In this document: positions 9,737 through 19,718 of the stretch, piece after piece
How positions within the stretch are numbered: position 1 is the first letter of the stretch
How the letters are laid out: each line of letters opens with the position of its first letter
Source of the DNA: an uncultured Gammaproteobacteria bacterium
GTDB taxonomy: Bacteria > Patescibacteriota > Microgenomatia > Levybacterales > UBA12049
Length of the DNA: 64,000 nucleotides
Assembly (NCBI GenBank): GCA_964521295.1
Contig: CAZFRF010000001.1
Coordinates: forward strand, 71,751 to 135,750
Direction: 5' to 3'
The notes under the pieces: generated by a model
The model's database searches: none
What the model was told of the DNA's origin: nothing
Seen by the model: only the letters and a program-made list of their open reading frames with translations
Translations under genes and position numbers: made by a program

Positions 9737-10640
9737 GTAATTTATGAAGTGGATGGTAGTTAATTCTTTTTTCTGCAACAATAATTCCTAGGAATACTAA
9801 TAGTGAACCAATAATATATGGTTCACTAATTTTTTCATTTAGAAGAGGGACAGCAACTACAATTGTTGCAATTGGATCTACATAGGAAAATATTCCAACT
9901 TCAGAAGCCTTGATGTATTTGATGCCGTATGCCGTAATCGTATGGCAGATTGCCGTGCAAGCTACTATGGCAAAAATTAATCCAAGCAGAGGATAGAGGG
10001 TAACATGATGTACCCATAATGTTTGATTGTATTCATTAATAACCAATGGAATTAAAGGTATGGATCCAATTAAAAATGACCAGAAAGAGATAGTAAGAGT
10101 GTTGTATTGAGGGATAATTTTTTTAAGAATAAGTGACCCTACGACTGAGAAAAAAGCAGCAAAAACAAAAAATAAATTACCCGTGATTGATCCATCAACG
10201 CCTTTATCGAGAATTGGAATTAAAACAACAGTGAGTACTCCTATAAAGCTAATTAAAGTACCGATTAAAATCTTCATTTTTAATTTTTCTTTTAAATACA
10301 ATACTGAACCGATAATTAAGATAATCGGACTTGCTGAAAGGATAATTGGTGCATTAATGCTTGAGGAAAGTTTTAAGCCGAAGTTAATAAAAGAAATAGT
10401 CAGTGTAATTCCAGCAACAGCAGATAAAATTAGGGGAATCCAATGCCTTACTTTTACTTTTAGATCTTTTCTAATAAAAATAAATAGAATTAACGCAGAA
10501 AGAAAGAATCTTAAAAAAACAAATGTAAATGGAGGAACTTCTTCTAATGTAATTTTATAAATAGGGAAGGCAGCTCCCCAGATTACATTAGCAATAATTA
10601 AAAATAAAATCGCTAGGGTTCTTTGATTATTTAATTTCAT
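9729..10640 (-). CDS. EamA/DMT-superfamily transporter (10 TM)
   Basis: Two repeated hydrophobic five-helix halves typical of EamA, and an all-hydrophobic composition. Confidence 0.6.
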   Translation of the reverse strand: MKLNNQRTLAILFLIIANVIWGAAFPIYKITLEEVPPFTFVFLRFFLSALILFIFIRKDLKVKVRHWIPLILSAVAGITLTISFINFGLKLSSSINAPIILSASPIILIIGSVLYLKEKLKMKILIGTLISFIGVLTVVLIPILDKGVDGSITGNLFFVFAAFFSVVGSLILKKIIPQYNTLTISFWSFLIGSIPLIPLVINEYNQTLWVHHVTLYPLLGLIFAIVACTAICHTITAYGIKYIKASEVGIFSYVDPIATIVVAVPLLNEKISEPYIIGSLLVFLGIIVAEKRINYHPLHKLLS

Positions 10641-11823
10641 TGGGCAGTGTTTCTATTGTTACTTGTTTTTGTTCGCCAGTTTTCATATTCTTGAGGTTTA
10701 AATTATCAGTATTAACAATCAAAACATAGGTAATTTGTTTTTTATTTGCATACTTTAATTGTTTTTCTAAAGGAGAGTCATCTAAATATATTTCAGCGTT
10801 TAAATTTCCCTCTCTTAATTTGTTGGCAATTTCTAGAGCTTGTTTTTGTAAGTCTGAGGATGCAAAGGCGATTAATATATTTTTAGAATTTAAATCGGTA
10901 GGGAATAGGTTTAGTGTATCCATTGCTTCAAGTAGTCTGTCAAATCCAAACGCAAAACCAACTGCAGGAATTTCTCTGCCTGCAAACATGCCAATTAAAT
11001 TATCATATCTTCCTCCACCGGCAATAGATCCAACACTAAAGCCTTCGACTTCTACCTCAAAAATAATTCCAGTATAGTAATTTAAGCCTCTGGCAAGAGT
11101 GCTTTCGAATTGAATGTTATCCATATTTACGCCTTGGTTTTTAAGGACTGCAAATATTTCTGTTAATTTTTCATTTGGTTGCTGATTTTCGATCTCACTC
11201 AATGTGTTATCGACTGTTTTCCAATCTTTTTCTTCACCTTTCTCTACTAATTCTTTAAGTACTCCCTCTCGACCAATCTTTTTGAGCTTATCAATAGCAA
11301 TTAACGTTTGCTTAGAATATTTGGAAAGCAAAGCCCTATCGTTAATTAGTATTTTATATTGCTTAAAACCTAATGCGTCTAGAGCTTTTGCAACTAAAGC
11401 GACTATTTCTGCATCAGCAATAGGGGAATACGAGCCTACTATATCTGCATCAACTTGCAAAAATTCTCTGTATCGACCCTTTTGAGTATTTTCTGCTCTA
11501 AATACAGATTGGATTTGGTAGCGCTTAAAAGGCATTACTAGATCGTTTTGATATTGAGCAACAACTCTGGAGAGGGGAACTGTTTGGTCATAACGCATGG
11601 CTACATTTCTATCTCCATTATCTTTAAATTTATACATTAAACTATCACCTTCGTCTCCGTATTTACCCATTAGAATCTCTTCATATTCAAGAGTAGGTGT
11701 TTCAAGTGGTTCAAATCCATAAGATTCATACACTTTTTTTAAAGTGTCTAAAACATACTGCCTTTTTCTAGCAGTTTGTGGTAAGAAATCACGAAAACCC
11801 TTAAGAGTTGCTATGTTTTGCAT
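10627..11823 (-). CDS. hisS: histidine--tRNA ligase
   Basis: Class II aaRS motifs: GFRDFLP, MYKF.D.GDR.VA.RYD.T.P, FRAE..Q.GRYREF.Q.D.D, GGGRYDNL. Confidence 0.9.
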   Translation of the reverse strand: MQNIATLKGFRDFLPQTARKRQYVLDTLKKVYESYGFEPLETPTLEYEEILMGKYGDEGDSLMYKFKDNGDRNVAMRYDQTVPLSRVVAQYQNDLVMPFKRYQIQSVFRAENTQKGRYREFLQVDADIVGSYSPIADAEIVALVAKALDALGFKQYKILINDRALLSKYSKQTLIAIDKLKKIGREGVLKELVEKGEEKDWKTVDNTLSEIENQQPNEKLTEIFAVLKNQGVNMDNIQFESTLARGLNYYTGIIFEVEVEGFSVGSIAGGGRYDNLIGMFAGREIPAVGFAFGFDRLLEAMDTLNLFPTDLNSKNILIAFASSDLQKQALEIANKLREGNLNAEIYLDDSPLEKQLKYANKKQITYVLIVNTDNLNLKNMKTGEQKQVTIETLPNEIK

Positions 11824-11844
11824 AAGTTAATTTTATCATAAGCA

Positions 11845-12870
11845 TTATTTTTTATCAGTGAAAAGCGAGGGGTTAATAAAATAGGTAGCTATTTCTTTAA
11901 TAAGAATTACAGCAATACCAAGAACTGGAACAACGAATACTGCCCCCATTGCTCCTGCGACTTTAAAGCCAATAATGATTGAGAGGAAAACAATAATTGG
12001 GTGCAAATTAAACGCTTTTCCTAAAAGTTTTGGTCCAAAAACATTAAAGACAACCTGTTGGACAGCAATCATAATTATTGCTGTAATTACTGCCTCAAGT
12101 GGTGTATTTGAATGAGTTACTAGTACAACAAAAACAGGTGGGATTATGCCAATGAATTGTCCAAGAACTGGGATGATCGTTAATATTCCTGCTAAAACAG
12201 CTGCAAAAGCTGCAAAATCAACTCCAAAAACAGTAAGGACAATCCAAGCAGAAATGCCAGCAATTACTGCAAAAATCATTTGTACTCTGAAGAAAGAGGA
12301 AAAAGATGAATCTATTACTCTTTGCATAAAACGAATATGCGAATGCCAGCCCTCAGGAGCAACTTTAAATATTTCACGGTTAATTCTTTCTTTATCAACA
12401 ATAAAGTAAAACGATAGGATAAGTATTACAAAAATATCAATGAAAATATTTGCTAATGAAGGGAGAAAGAGAATGAAACTATCAATTGAGTTGGTTGCAA
12501 CTTTATTCCAAGTTTGAATTGCTTGGGGATAAGATTCTATGAAGCTTGGGATCATCTTAGAGAAGGATTGGAATTCGGTTACTACTGTTGGAATGAGTAG
12601 GAAGATTCCTGCTGTAATTAAAATTCCAAAAGTGGTGTAGATAAGTAGAGCAGAGAGCGCTTTGGGTAGTTTAGTTAAGGTAGAAATAAAATTAACAACA
12701 GGTTCAAGGATAAAGCTTAAGAGCCAAGATAAGAAGACGATAATAATTATATCGGAAAAATTACCTAAAAACTCAAAAGCAATCTGCAAAAGATAGATTG
12801 ATAAGGCGATTATTCCTAATACCGTAAAGATTTTGAATGGAGTATTTTGTTTTTTTATTTCTTCTAACAT
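11845..12870 (-). CDS. AI-2E family transporter (UPF0118/PerM-like)
   Basis: Eight-TM profile and the conserved C-terminal region GPKLLGKAFNLHPIIVFLSIIIG typical of the AI-2E family. Confidence 0.65.
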   Translation of the reverse strand: MLEEIKKQNTPFKIFTVLGIIALSIYLLQIAFEFLGNFSDIIIIVFLSWLLSFILEPVVNFISTLTKLPKALSALLIYTTFGILITAGIFLLIPTVVTEFQSFSKMIPSFIESYPQAIQTWNKVATNSIDSFILFLPSLANIFIDIFVILILSFYFIVDKERINREIFKVAPEGWHSHIRFMQRVIDSSFSSFFRVQMIFAVIAGISAWIVLTVFGVDFAAFAAVLAGILTIIPVLGQFIGIIPPVFVVLVTHSNTPLEAVITAIIMIAVQQVVFNVFGPKLLGKAFNLHPIIVFLSIIIGFKVAGAMGAVFVVPVLGIAVILIKEIATYFINPSLFTDKK

Positions 12871-12877
12871 AATAGAT

Positions 12878-13945
12878 CTATAGTTCTATTATTTCTTTTT
12901 TAGCATTAGAAATCAAGACTAAACCTTGTGTTGTAAATATTGCCAAATCTTCAATTCTTACTCCTCCGTAATTGGGGATATATATGCCAGGTTCAAGAGA
13001 AAAAACTTGATTTTGCTGTAGAACATTGGGTGCGAAAGGAGATAGCCTAGGTGCTTCATGAACTTCTAATCCAATTCCATGTCCTAAGGAGTGGGGGATG
13101 GAGGGAAAATTTTGAGAAATAATATATTTACGAGCAATTAAGTCAATATCTTTTGTTTTTACTTCTTTGTCCTTATTATTGTTTATATATTCAATTGTTT
13201 TGATTTGGGCTTCTAAAACTGTTTTGTAAATTTTTTTAAACTTCTCAGTCGCTATTCCGAAAAATACAGTCCTGGTCATATCTGAACAGTAGCCATTTAT
13301 TTTTACGCCAAAATCTAAAAGTACAATAGTATTTCTTTTTAATTTTTTAGTAGTTGGCTTGTGGTGTGGGGAAGCAGAGTGTGTCCCAAAAGCGATAATT
13401 GGCGCAAAAGATAATTCGGCATTGTTTTGGAGTGTAAAAATTTCAATTTTCTTAGCTAGTTCAATTTCAGTTACGTTTTCTTTAATTTGACCTAGTATAT
13501 ATTCAAAAACCTTGTCTCCTAAATTCGATGCTAGTTTTAGATTATTAATTTCAGTTTTAGATTTAATTTCTCTTAGTGTCTCAATAATACTGTTGTCGTC
13601 AACGAGTTTTATTATTTTTTTTAACAACTTATATTCCATTGCAGTTAAATCTGATAAATTAATTGCTAAACTTTCTATTTTTTCTTTATTAAATATGTTA
13701 AGTAATATATTTTCTAAATTATTATTTCGGTCAAGCTCTAGAAATTTAAATCCTTTAATTTTTTTTGCCGCCTCTTTATATCTTGCATCTGAAATTAAAT
13801 AATTATTTTTCTTAGTAACAAGTAAAAATGCTTCACGCTCTGTGTTTGAAAACCCTGCAAAGCTTGTTAAATAAAAAATATTTATTGCTTTAGAAATAAA
13901 TAATGCGTCTGATTTAATTGAGGAGAAGATTAAATTTTTATTCAT
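12878..13945 (-). CDS. pepP: M24-family Xaa-Pro aminopeptidase
   Basis: HSLGHGIGLEVHEAP and GGVRIEDL, the metal-ligand motifs of M24B peptidases. The N-terminal creatinase-like domain is present. Confidence 0.8.
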   Translation of the reverse strand: MNKNLIFSSIKSDALFISKAINIFYLTSFAGFSNTEREAFLLVTKKNNYLISDARYKEAAKKIKGFKFLELDRNNNLENILLNIFNKEKIESLAINLSDLTAMEYKLLKKIIKLVDDNSIIETLREIKSKTEINNLKLASNLGDKVFEYILGQIKENVTEIELAKKIEIFTLQNNAELSFAPIIAFGTHSASPHHKPTTKKLKRNTIVLLDFGVKINGYCSDMTRTVFFGIATEKFKKIYKTVLEAQIKTIEYINNNKDKEVKTKDIDLIARKYIISQNFPSIPHSLGHGIGLEVHEAPRLSPFAPNVLQQNQVFSLEPGIYIPNYGGVRIEDLAIFTTQGLVLISNAKKEIIEL

Positions 13946-13949
13946 TTAA

Positions 13950-14711
13950 TTAGTGGACAATTGGAGTAAGTTTTTTGCCGCTACCTGTTGAAGGAACAAC
14001 GGTTGGTTGATTAGGATTTAAATCAATATTTGGATTAGCAGAGATTTCTGGAAAAAGATAGATTCTTGAGGCGAGAGTTTTAGTTTTATCAGTTTTATTT
14101 GGATATCCAACAACGATTACTGTTTGTCCTAATTCCATTTTGGAAAAACCAGATTTAACGGTTTTGTTATTTACGTATGAATATGTTTTAGAAATATTTT
14201 CAACATCAATTAAATTTTTAGCACCGTTAGTTTTCGCAACTGTAAACATATAGTTTTTGCTATCTATTGCATAAACAGCTCCATTAATGAAGTTGGGTAG
14301 CGCACTGTCTTCGAAAACGATTCTTGCTTGTAGTCTTTGGCTATCTTTATTGTATAAACCCAAAATTGATAAATACATTCCTTTTTTTACATCAGAAATT
14401 CCAAAAGATTTTGATGCAGACGAGGTGAATTTAGTTAATTCATCAATATCAACATATCTATTTTCACCATTAATATTGGTTATTGTAATTTGAGTGTCAG
14501 AAACGTCATTTACTTGTCCGTAGATTCCTCTTTTTTCTACCAATTTAAGGCTAGCAACTTTAGAAGCAATCTTATTTTTTAATTCATCTACTTGTGCTTG
14601 TAAGCTCGTAGTTGGTGTAGGAGTGCTTGTAGATGTAGGTTTTGCAGCAAAAGAAGTACTAGGTGGTAAAATTATTGTTAATAATAGTAGTAAGTAAATT
14701 ATTTTTTTCAT
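13950..14711 (-). CDS. secreted hypothetical protein (signal peptide, Thr/Pro-rich linker)
   Basis: Start placed at the internal ATG giving MKKIIYLLLLLTIILPPSTSFA (signal peptide), which also removes the overlap with the upstream gene. Confidence 0.5.
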   Translation of the reverse strand: MKKIIYLLLLLTIILPPSTSFAAKPTSTSTPTPTTSLQAQVDELKNKIASKVASLKLVEKRGIYGQVNDVSDTQITITNINGENRYVDIDELTKFTSSASKSFGISDVKKGMYLSILGLYNKDSQRLQARIVFEDSALPNFINGAVYAIDSKNYMFTVAKTNGAKNLIDVENISKTYSYVNNKTVKSGFSKMELGQTVIVVGYPNKTDKTKTLASRIYLFPEISANPNIDLNPNQPTVVPSTGSGKKLTPIVH

Positions 14712-14712
14712 A

Positions 14713-15141
14713 TTAAAAATCCTCACTTGTATATGAAACTGTTTTTTGTACTGTTTGAGTTTCACCATCAGGCGTCATGGCAACTATTTTTATAAAATTA
14801 GTACCACTACTTATAGTTATATTGGTGACAAAATCACCTTGAAGAGAGGGTTTAACAATTTCTTCTCCTTCTAGGGTTAAGATTACAATTGTTGCTTCTG
14901 GATTAGTTTTGCCGGATACTCTAACAGTTTTTGAATCAGAGATTGATTCGTCTTTAGGACTATCGACGCTTAAAAAAATAGTAGGCGTCTTAGTTGGGGT
15001 AGGTGTTTGTGAGTCTATTTTTTGGGTAGTATCCGTATCAGGAAGAACTTTGGTTGATTGGTAGAAGTAAAAGATGATACCGGCAAATATTAAGCCGATT
15101 ATAACCATGATAAAGGAAAGTATTATTCTTTCTTGTTTCAT
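14713..15141 (-). CDS. membrane-anchored hypothetical protein (N-terminal TM, T/P-rich linker)
   Basis: MKQERIILSFIMVIIGLIFAGIIFYFY transmembrane anchor followed by TPTPTKTPT. Confidence 0.45.
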   Translation of the reverse strand: MKQERIILSFIMVIIGLIFAGIIFYFYQSTKVLPDTDTTQKIDSQTPTPTKTPTIFLSVDSPKDESISDSKTVRVSGKTNPEATIVILTLEGEEIVKPSLQGDFVTNITISSGTNFIKIVAMTPDGETQTVQKTVSYTSEDF

Positions 15142-15212
15142 AAGCGGTACCCCATATTACGAAAAAAGATTTACCTTGTCAAGAAAATTTGTATATGTTA
15201 ATATAAACTGCC

Positions 15213-15731
15213 ATGGACATAGCAATACTTTCCAAAGATAGTTTAAAAATTAAGATCAAAAAAACCACTCTAGTAGCAGATCCTCGTTCAGACTTAGCCA
15301 AGGTAGATGCAGATGCAATTATTGCTACAGACAAGAATATTGAGCCTAAAAGAGTTAATGAATACAGAGTCTTAATTGATAGTGTAGGAGATTACGAGGT
15401 TTCTGGGCTTAAGATTGTAGGTCAAAAAATTGATGAGGGAATCACTTATACATTTATCTATGAATCAGTCGAAACGTTATTTGCTAAAGCGAGCGTTTTA
15501 GCAAAAATGCCAACTGATAAGATTAAAGATTACTCAGTAGTTATCGTAAATGTGGATACCGATTTACCAAATGTGATTACTTCATTCGAGCCAAGAGTAA
15601 TAGTTTTGTATGGAGAAAAAGCTATTGAGGGTGCGAAAAGCTTAGGTAAAGAAGATGCCACAAAAAGTTCAAAAGTTAGTTTTTCAGAAGATAAATTACC
15701 TGAGGAAACAGAAATTTACGTCCTGAGCTAG
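15213..15731 (+). CDS. hypothetical protein
   Basis: 172-aa ORF with clean boundaries. No confident family assignment. Confidence 0.45.
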   Translation: MDIAILSKDSLKIKIKKTTLVADPRSDLAKVDADAIIATDKNIEPKRVNEYRVLIDSVGDYEVSGLKIVGQKIDEGITYTFIYESVETLFAKASVLAKMPTDKIKDYSVVIVNVDTDLPNVITSFEPRVIVLYGEKAIEGAKSLGKEDATKSSKVSFSEDKLPEETEIYVLS

Positions 15732-15779
15732 TTTTATATATTGAAAATTGCCTAAATTTCCATTAAAGTCTTTATACTT

Positions 15780-17120
15780 ATGGCAAATCCAAAAACTCCT
15801 CCTCAAAATCAAGAAGCAGAGCAAAGTGTACTAGGATCAATCTTAATTGATAAAGATGCTATTGGTCTAATTTCAGAACAAATTCACCCAGAAGATTTTT
15901 TTAATGATATTAACGGCATTATTTTTGAGGCAATGCTTGCCTTATATGAAGAAAGAAAACCAATCGATATTTTAACTTTAACAGAGAAGTTAAAGAAAAT
16001 TCGCAATGGAGACAAAGTCGAGTCTTCATATTTATCTGAACTTATTAATGTAGTTCCAACAGCTGCGAATATCGAAGAATATGCTGGGATTATTAAGGAA
16101 TGCGCAACGAGAAGAGAGTTAATCAGTGCAGGAACAAAAATTGCTGAAGAATCATTTAAGGAAGACAATGAAGTACCACAGCTTATCGATAAAGCTGAAA
16201 GTTCTATTTTTGCAATTTCTCAAGGCCACAATGTTAAAGGTTTTGTCCCTATTAAGGAAAAATTAGCTGAAAGTTTCGATAGAATTGATGAATTACATAA
16301 AAAAGGCGCAGGATATAGGGGAATTAAGACCGGTTTTACAGATTTAGACAATATTTTGTCAGGTATGCAGGAGTCTAATTTAATTATCTTAGCTGCTCGT
16401 CCTGGAACTGGAAAAACTGCAATTGTTATTAATATGGCGCAAAATATTGCAATTTTGCAGAAACATCCAGTTGGTATTTTTTCTCTTGAAATGAGTCAGG
16501 AAGAATTGGTAGATAGACTTTTGGTAGGCCAAGCAGATGTTGATGCTTGGAGACTTAAGACTGGTAAACTGCAAGAGGCTGATTTTACTAAACTTTCTCA
16601 AGCAATGGGTGAACTTGCTGATGCGCCAATCTTTATCGACGATACTCCTGGTATTACAATTTCAGAAATGCGTACAAAAGCAAGAAGGTTGCAGATGGAG
16701 CAAGGAATTAAGTTTTTGATTGTGGATTATCTGCAGCTAGCTGATCCTGGTAGAAAATATGATAGTCGTGTACAAGAAGTTGCAATTGTATCCCAGGGTT
16801 TAAAAAATCTTGCAAGAGAGTTAAAGATTCCTGTTTTGGCAGTTTCTCAGTTGTCTCGTGCGGTTGAGCATAGAGGGGAAAGAAAGCCACAGCTTGCTGA
16901 TTTAAGAGAATCAGGAGCAATCGAGCAGGATGCAGACGTAGTTATGTTTTTATATAGAACTGATGCTGAACCAGTGGGTAGTGTTATTCCAACCAAGCTT
17001 TCAATTGCTAAGCATCGAAATGGACCAATGGGCGAAGTTGATTTACTTTTTAGAGGCGATAGGATAAGATTTTATAGTATGGATCAAAAAAGGGAAGGGG
17101 GTGAAGAAAATAATGGATAA
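15780..17120 (+). CDS. dnaB: replicative DNA helicase
   Basis: N-terminal DnaB domain (PPQNQEAEQSVLGSIL), Walker A ARPGTGKTAIVINMA, and the RecA-like C-terminal motifs. Normal length, no intein. Confidence 0.9.
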   Translation: MANPKTPPQNQEAEQSVLGSILIDKDAIGLISEQIHPEDFFNDINGIIFEAMLALYEERKPIDILTLTEKLKKIRNGDKVESSYLSELINVVPTAANIEEYAGIIKECATRRELISAGTKIAEESFKEDNEVPQLIDKAESSIFAISQGHNVKGFVPIKEKLAESFDRIDELHKKGAGYRGIKTGFTDLDNILSGMQESNLIILAARPGTGKTAIVINMAQNIAILQKHPVGIFSLEMSQEELVDRLLVGQADVDAWRLKTGKLQEADFTKLSQAMGELADAPIFIDDTPGITISEMRTKARRLQMEQGIKFLIVDYLQLADPGRKYDSRVQEVAIVSQGLKNLARELKIPVLAVSQLSRAVEHRGERKPQLADLRESGAIEQDADVVMFLYRTDAEPVGSVIPTKLSIAKHRNGPMGEVDLLFRGDRIRFYSMDQKREGGEENNG

Positions 17121-17328
17121 TCAAAATAATCAACCGGGAGCACCTATGCCAGGAACACCAGTTCCTCCAGTACAGCAACCTGTAATGGATCCGGCACAGC
17201 CAGCAATGCCACAACCTGAACCTGTAATGCCACCAGCACCAGAGCAACCAGCTCAACAGCCAGGTGGATGGACACCTCCACAGGGAGGAGTCGATGGTGG
17301 AGCACAAGGGGGACAGCCAGGAATGTAA
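17113..17328 (+). CDS. small Pro/Gln-rich low-complexity protein (uncertain)
   Basis: ATG overlapping the dnaB stop, with a GGGGGTGA SD-like run 7 nt upstream. The translation MDNQNNQPGAPMPGTPVPPVQQPV... is strongly GC-rich relative to its surroundings. Both strands are open here, as expected for low-complexity sequence. Confidence 0.3.
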   Translation: MDNQNNQPGAPMPGTPVPPVQQPVMDPAQPAMPQPEPVMPPAPEQPAQQPGGWTPPQGGVDGGAQGGQPGM

Positions 17329-17360
17329 TATAGTCTAGTACTAGATTATGATCATAAATT

Positions 17361-17399
17361 AAACTAATCCCATATTCCAAAGGATTAGTTTAATTTTTT
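17361..17399. terminator. bidirectional intrinsic terminator between convergent genes
   Basis: AAACTAATCC-catattccaaa-GGATTAGTTT, a 10-bp perfect stem, followed by AATTTTTT. The other strand is A/T-rich too. Confidence 0.5.
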
Positions 17400-18039
17400 A
17401 TGAGCGAGGAGAGTAAATACCTTTTCTAAAATCCATATAGCCTTGTAATTCATTCTTTCTTCTTTGTCTAATTTCTGGTGTAGAGTAATATTTAGCTAAA
17501 TCTCTGGGTTCAAAAACTCCGGCATCCATTAAAACTCTTTCTGTAAAAAAGTAAGTTAAATGTAGATCTGGGGGGAAATATCCGCATTCTTGAGCAAAAG
17601 TTTCAGTTCTTAAGCCATGAAAGAAATTTGTTAATACGCCAACAGTCCGGTTTGGTAATAACTGAGGGTTTCTATCTAAAAATGTTCCAGCTTGTTCTAG
17701 GTTTCCCATAGAATGTGGCTTAGTTGTTAAAGCAATTAGATGATTAGGATCAGTGGGATAATGAGTGGCTGTGTGTGTGGCAAGTAAGTATGCTCTTGAA
17801 GCTTTGTTGTCTTGAATACCACCTGTTATTAAGGCAGTAGTGGTTTTTCTATCTCGTAATAGAATTGAAACTGCAGAGGCTTTTAAGTCTCCATCAACAT
17901 TTGTTGCGTCTTCAGTGCCCATCAGAAAATCTGCAAATAAAGGAACATAATATTTCCCATCAGGTTTTTGTTGTAAAGATGATCCCATTACAACTAAGAC
18001 ATCAACTTTTTTTGTATTTCTTAAGCCTTCAATTTTCAT
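17398..18039 (-). CDS. DUF218 (YdcF/SanA-like) domain protein
   Basis: VLVVMGSS ... ALITGGIQ ... GVLTNFFHGLRTE resembles the DUF218 core (vvLGg ... sGG ... vvTsdyHmpRa). Confidence 0.45.
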   Translation of the reverse strand: MKIEGLRNTKKVDVLVVMGSSLQQKPDGKYYVPLFADFLMGTEDATNVDGDLKASAVSILLRDRKTTTALITGGIQDNKASRAYLLATHTATHYPTDPNHLIALTTKPHSMGNLEQAGTFLDRNPQLLPNRTVGVLTNFFHGLRTETFAQECGYFPPDLHLTYFFTERVLMDAGVFEPRDLAKYYSTPEIRQRRKNELQGYMDFRKGIYSPRS

Positions 18040-18058
18040 TTGGGGATTATATCAACTT

Positions 18059-18631
18059 TTAATTAGCGGATGAAGTAGAGGAAGGGCTAGAGGTTTGGAC
18101 TACGAAATTTCTAGTTAAAGATTGGTTTTTTTGCTCGACGGTACTTTGCACTCTTAATTCAAATTTAACGTTTCCATTTGGAAGATTATAAATGCAGGGG
18201 TTATTAGTATTGTAATCAGACCACGCTCCATTATTTACTCTATAAGACCAAACAACTGAACAATAATTAGAATCTATATATTTAATATTTATGCAAACTG
18301 GATTATCGGTAACTGTTTGATTTTCTGAAGGTGATGTTATTTCAATTGGCCCAATTTCTTTTTTACAAGCAGCATTGGTTATAGTTGGATTTGTATTAGA
18401 TGATGTTGGATTGCTTTGGGGAACAACAATTATTTTTTCGGTTTGGGTTGGTGTTGGTGTGAGATCAGTATTTTGTTTAGGTTTTAAATTATTGTAATTT
18501 AAAATAATAACTGAAAGTAGAACTGGAATAGATAAAAGTGCAGTAATAAAATCTAAATGGTTTTTCTTAAAAACTTTTTTAAAGTTTTCTGTAAATTTAT
18601 GTAATTTCCTCTTGGCAGCAATGTATTTCAT
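18059..18631 (-). CDS. membrane-anchored hypothetical protein with Thr/Pro linker and Cys-containing C-terminal domain
   Basis: N-terminal transmembrane segment (ALLSIPVLLSVIILNY), a TPTPTQT linker, and several Cys in the C-terminal domain. Confidence 0.45.
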   Translation of the reverse strand: MKYIAAKRKLHKFTENFKKVFKKNHLDFITALLSIPVLLSVIILNYNNLKPKQNTDLTPTPTQTEKIIVVPQSNPTSSNTNPTITNAACKKEIGPIEITSPSENQTVTDNPVCINIKYIDSNYCSVVWSYRVNNGAWSDYNTNNPCIYNLPNGNVKFELRVQSTVEQKNQSLTRNFVVQTSSPSSTSSAN

Positions 18632-18638
18632 ATATTGT

Positions 18639-18724
18639 TGGTGGGCGAAGAGGGAGTCGAACCCTCACAGCCTTGCGACTAGTAGTTTTTGAGACTACCG
18701 CGTATGCCATTCCGCCACTCGCCC
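18639..18724 (-). tRNA. tRNA-Leu (anticodon CAA), type II with long variable arm, CCA encoded
   Basis: The reverse complement folds as a cloverleaf: acceptor GGGCGAG/TTCGCCC, anticodon stem GTAGT/ACTAC with loop CTCAAAA (U33, CAA, A37), T-arm GAGGG-TTCGACT-CCCTC, discriminator A, 3' CCA. Length 86 nt. Confidence 0.85.
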
Positions 18725-18763
18725 TAGTTGAGTTTTTACCTCTATTATTATATACTTTCAGCT

Positions 18764-19717
18764 ATGACACTTCAACAAATTTACGATTTAGCTATTAACA
18801 TGGCCATAAAAGCAGATCCAAGGGGAGAAGCTCATGTAAAAAAGAATTTGGCTAAAGCTAAAAAAGACTACGAAAAACTTCCTCAAGACAAGAAAAAATA
18901 TTTTGATACAGAATCTTTAAACAATCCATATTCAGACACAAGAATATTATTTGGTGATCTTAAAACCCCTGTTAAAAAAATTTTGGTCGGTATTGATACA
19001 GACGCAGCTGAAATTTTACTTGCAGATAGGTTAAATCAAAAAGGCGCAAAAATTGATTTAGTTATTGGTCATCATCCATTAGGAGTTTCTTTAGCAGCAC
19101 TTCATGATGTTATGGATTTACAGGTTGATGCTTATGCGCAAGTTGGTGTGCCAATAAATGTTGTTGATGCATTAATGAAAGGCAGAATGGATTTAATTAA
19201 AAGAAGAATTCATCCTAATAATCATAATCAAGTAATTGATACAGCAAGGCTTTTAAATATGCCACTTATGAATTTGCATACAGCATGGGATAATTTGGGA
19301 GATGAATTTATAAAAAATTATTTAGCTAAAAAAGAATTTGATACAGTAGAAGAAATTGTTGAATACTTAATGGAGCTTCCAGAATATCAGGAAGCAGCTA
19401 AAGGTAAAAACCCCCCTGAAATTGTTTCTGGAGGGCCAAAATCAAGAGCTGGAAAAGTAGCAGTTTTCTTTACCGGAGGAACAAATCCATCCAAAGAAGT
19501 TTATGCAGAACTTGCTAAAGCTGGAGTGGGAACGTTAATCGATATGCATATCCCTGAAGATGCCTTAGAAGAGCTTAAGAAATTGCATGTTAATGTAATT
19601 AATGCAGGACATATGGCATCAGATTCACTTGGCGCAAATTTATTTTTAGATAAATTGGAAAAACAAGGAATTGAGGTGTTAGTTGGGGGAGGGCTAATCA
19701 GGGTAAAAAGAAAATAA
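18764..19717 (+). CDS. NIF3-family (dinuclear metal centre, YqfO/YbgI-like) protein
   Basis: ILVGIDTDAAEIL ... ADLVIGHHPL and a C-terminal second half are typical of NIF3. The start is the ATG at 18764, preceded by TATACT plus 7 nt. The track start would overlap the tRNA. Confidence 0.65.
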   Translation: MTLQQIYDLAINMAIKADPRGEAHVKKNLAKAKKDYEKLPQDKKKYFDTESLNNPYSDTRILFGDLKTPVKKILVGIDTDAAEILLADRLNQKGAKIDLVIGHHPLGVSLAALHDVMDLQVDAYAQVGVPINVVDALMKGRMDLIKRRIHPNNHNQVIDTARLLNMPLMNLHTAWDNLGDEFIKNYLAKKEFDTVEEIVEYLMELPEYQEAAKGKNPPEIVSGGPKSRAGKVAVFFTGGTNPSKEVYAELAKAGVGTLIDMHIPEDALEELKKLHVNVINAGHMASDSLGANLFLDKLEKQGIEVLVGGGLIRVKRK

Positions 19718-19718
19718 T

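Noticed and set aside
17050-17380. Minus-strand ORFs of 85 and 78 aa overlapping the Pro/Gln-rich region
   Set aside because: They are open only because of the low-complexity GC-rich repeat. The plus-strand frame, which follows dnaB with an SD-like run, is the only one with any support, and even that is weak.
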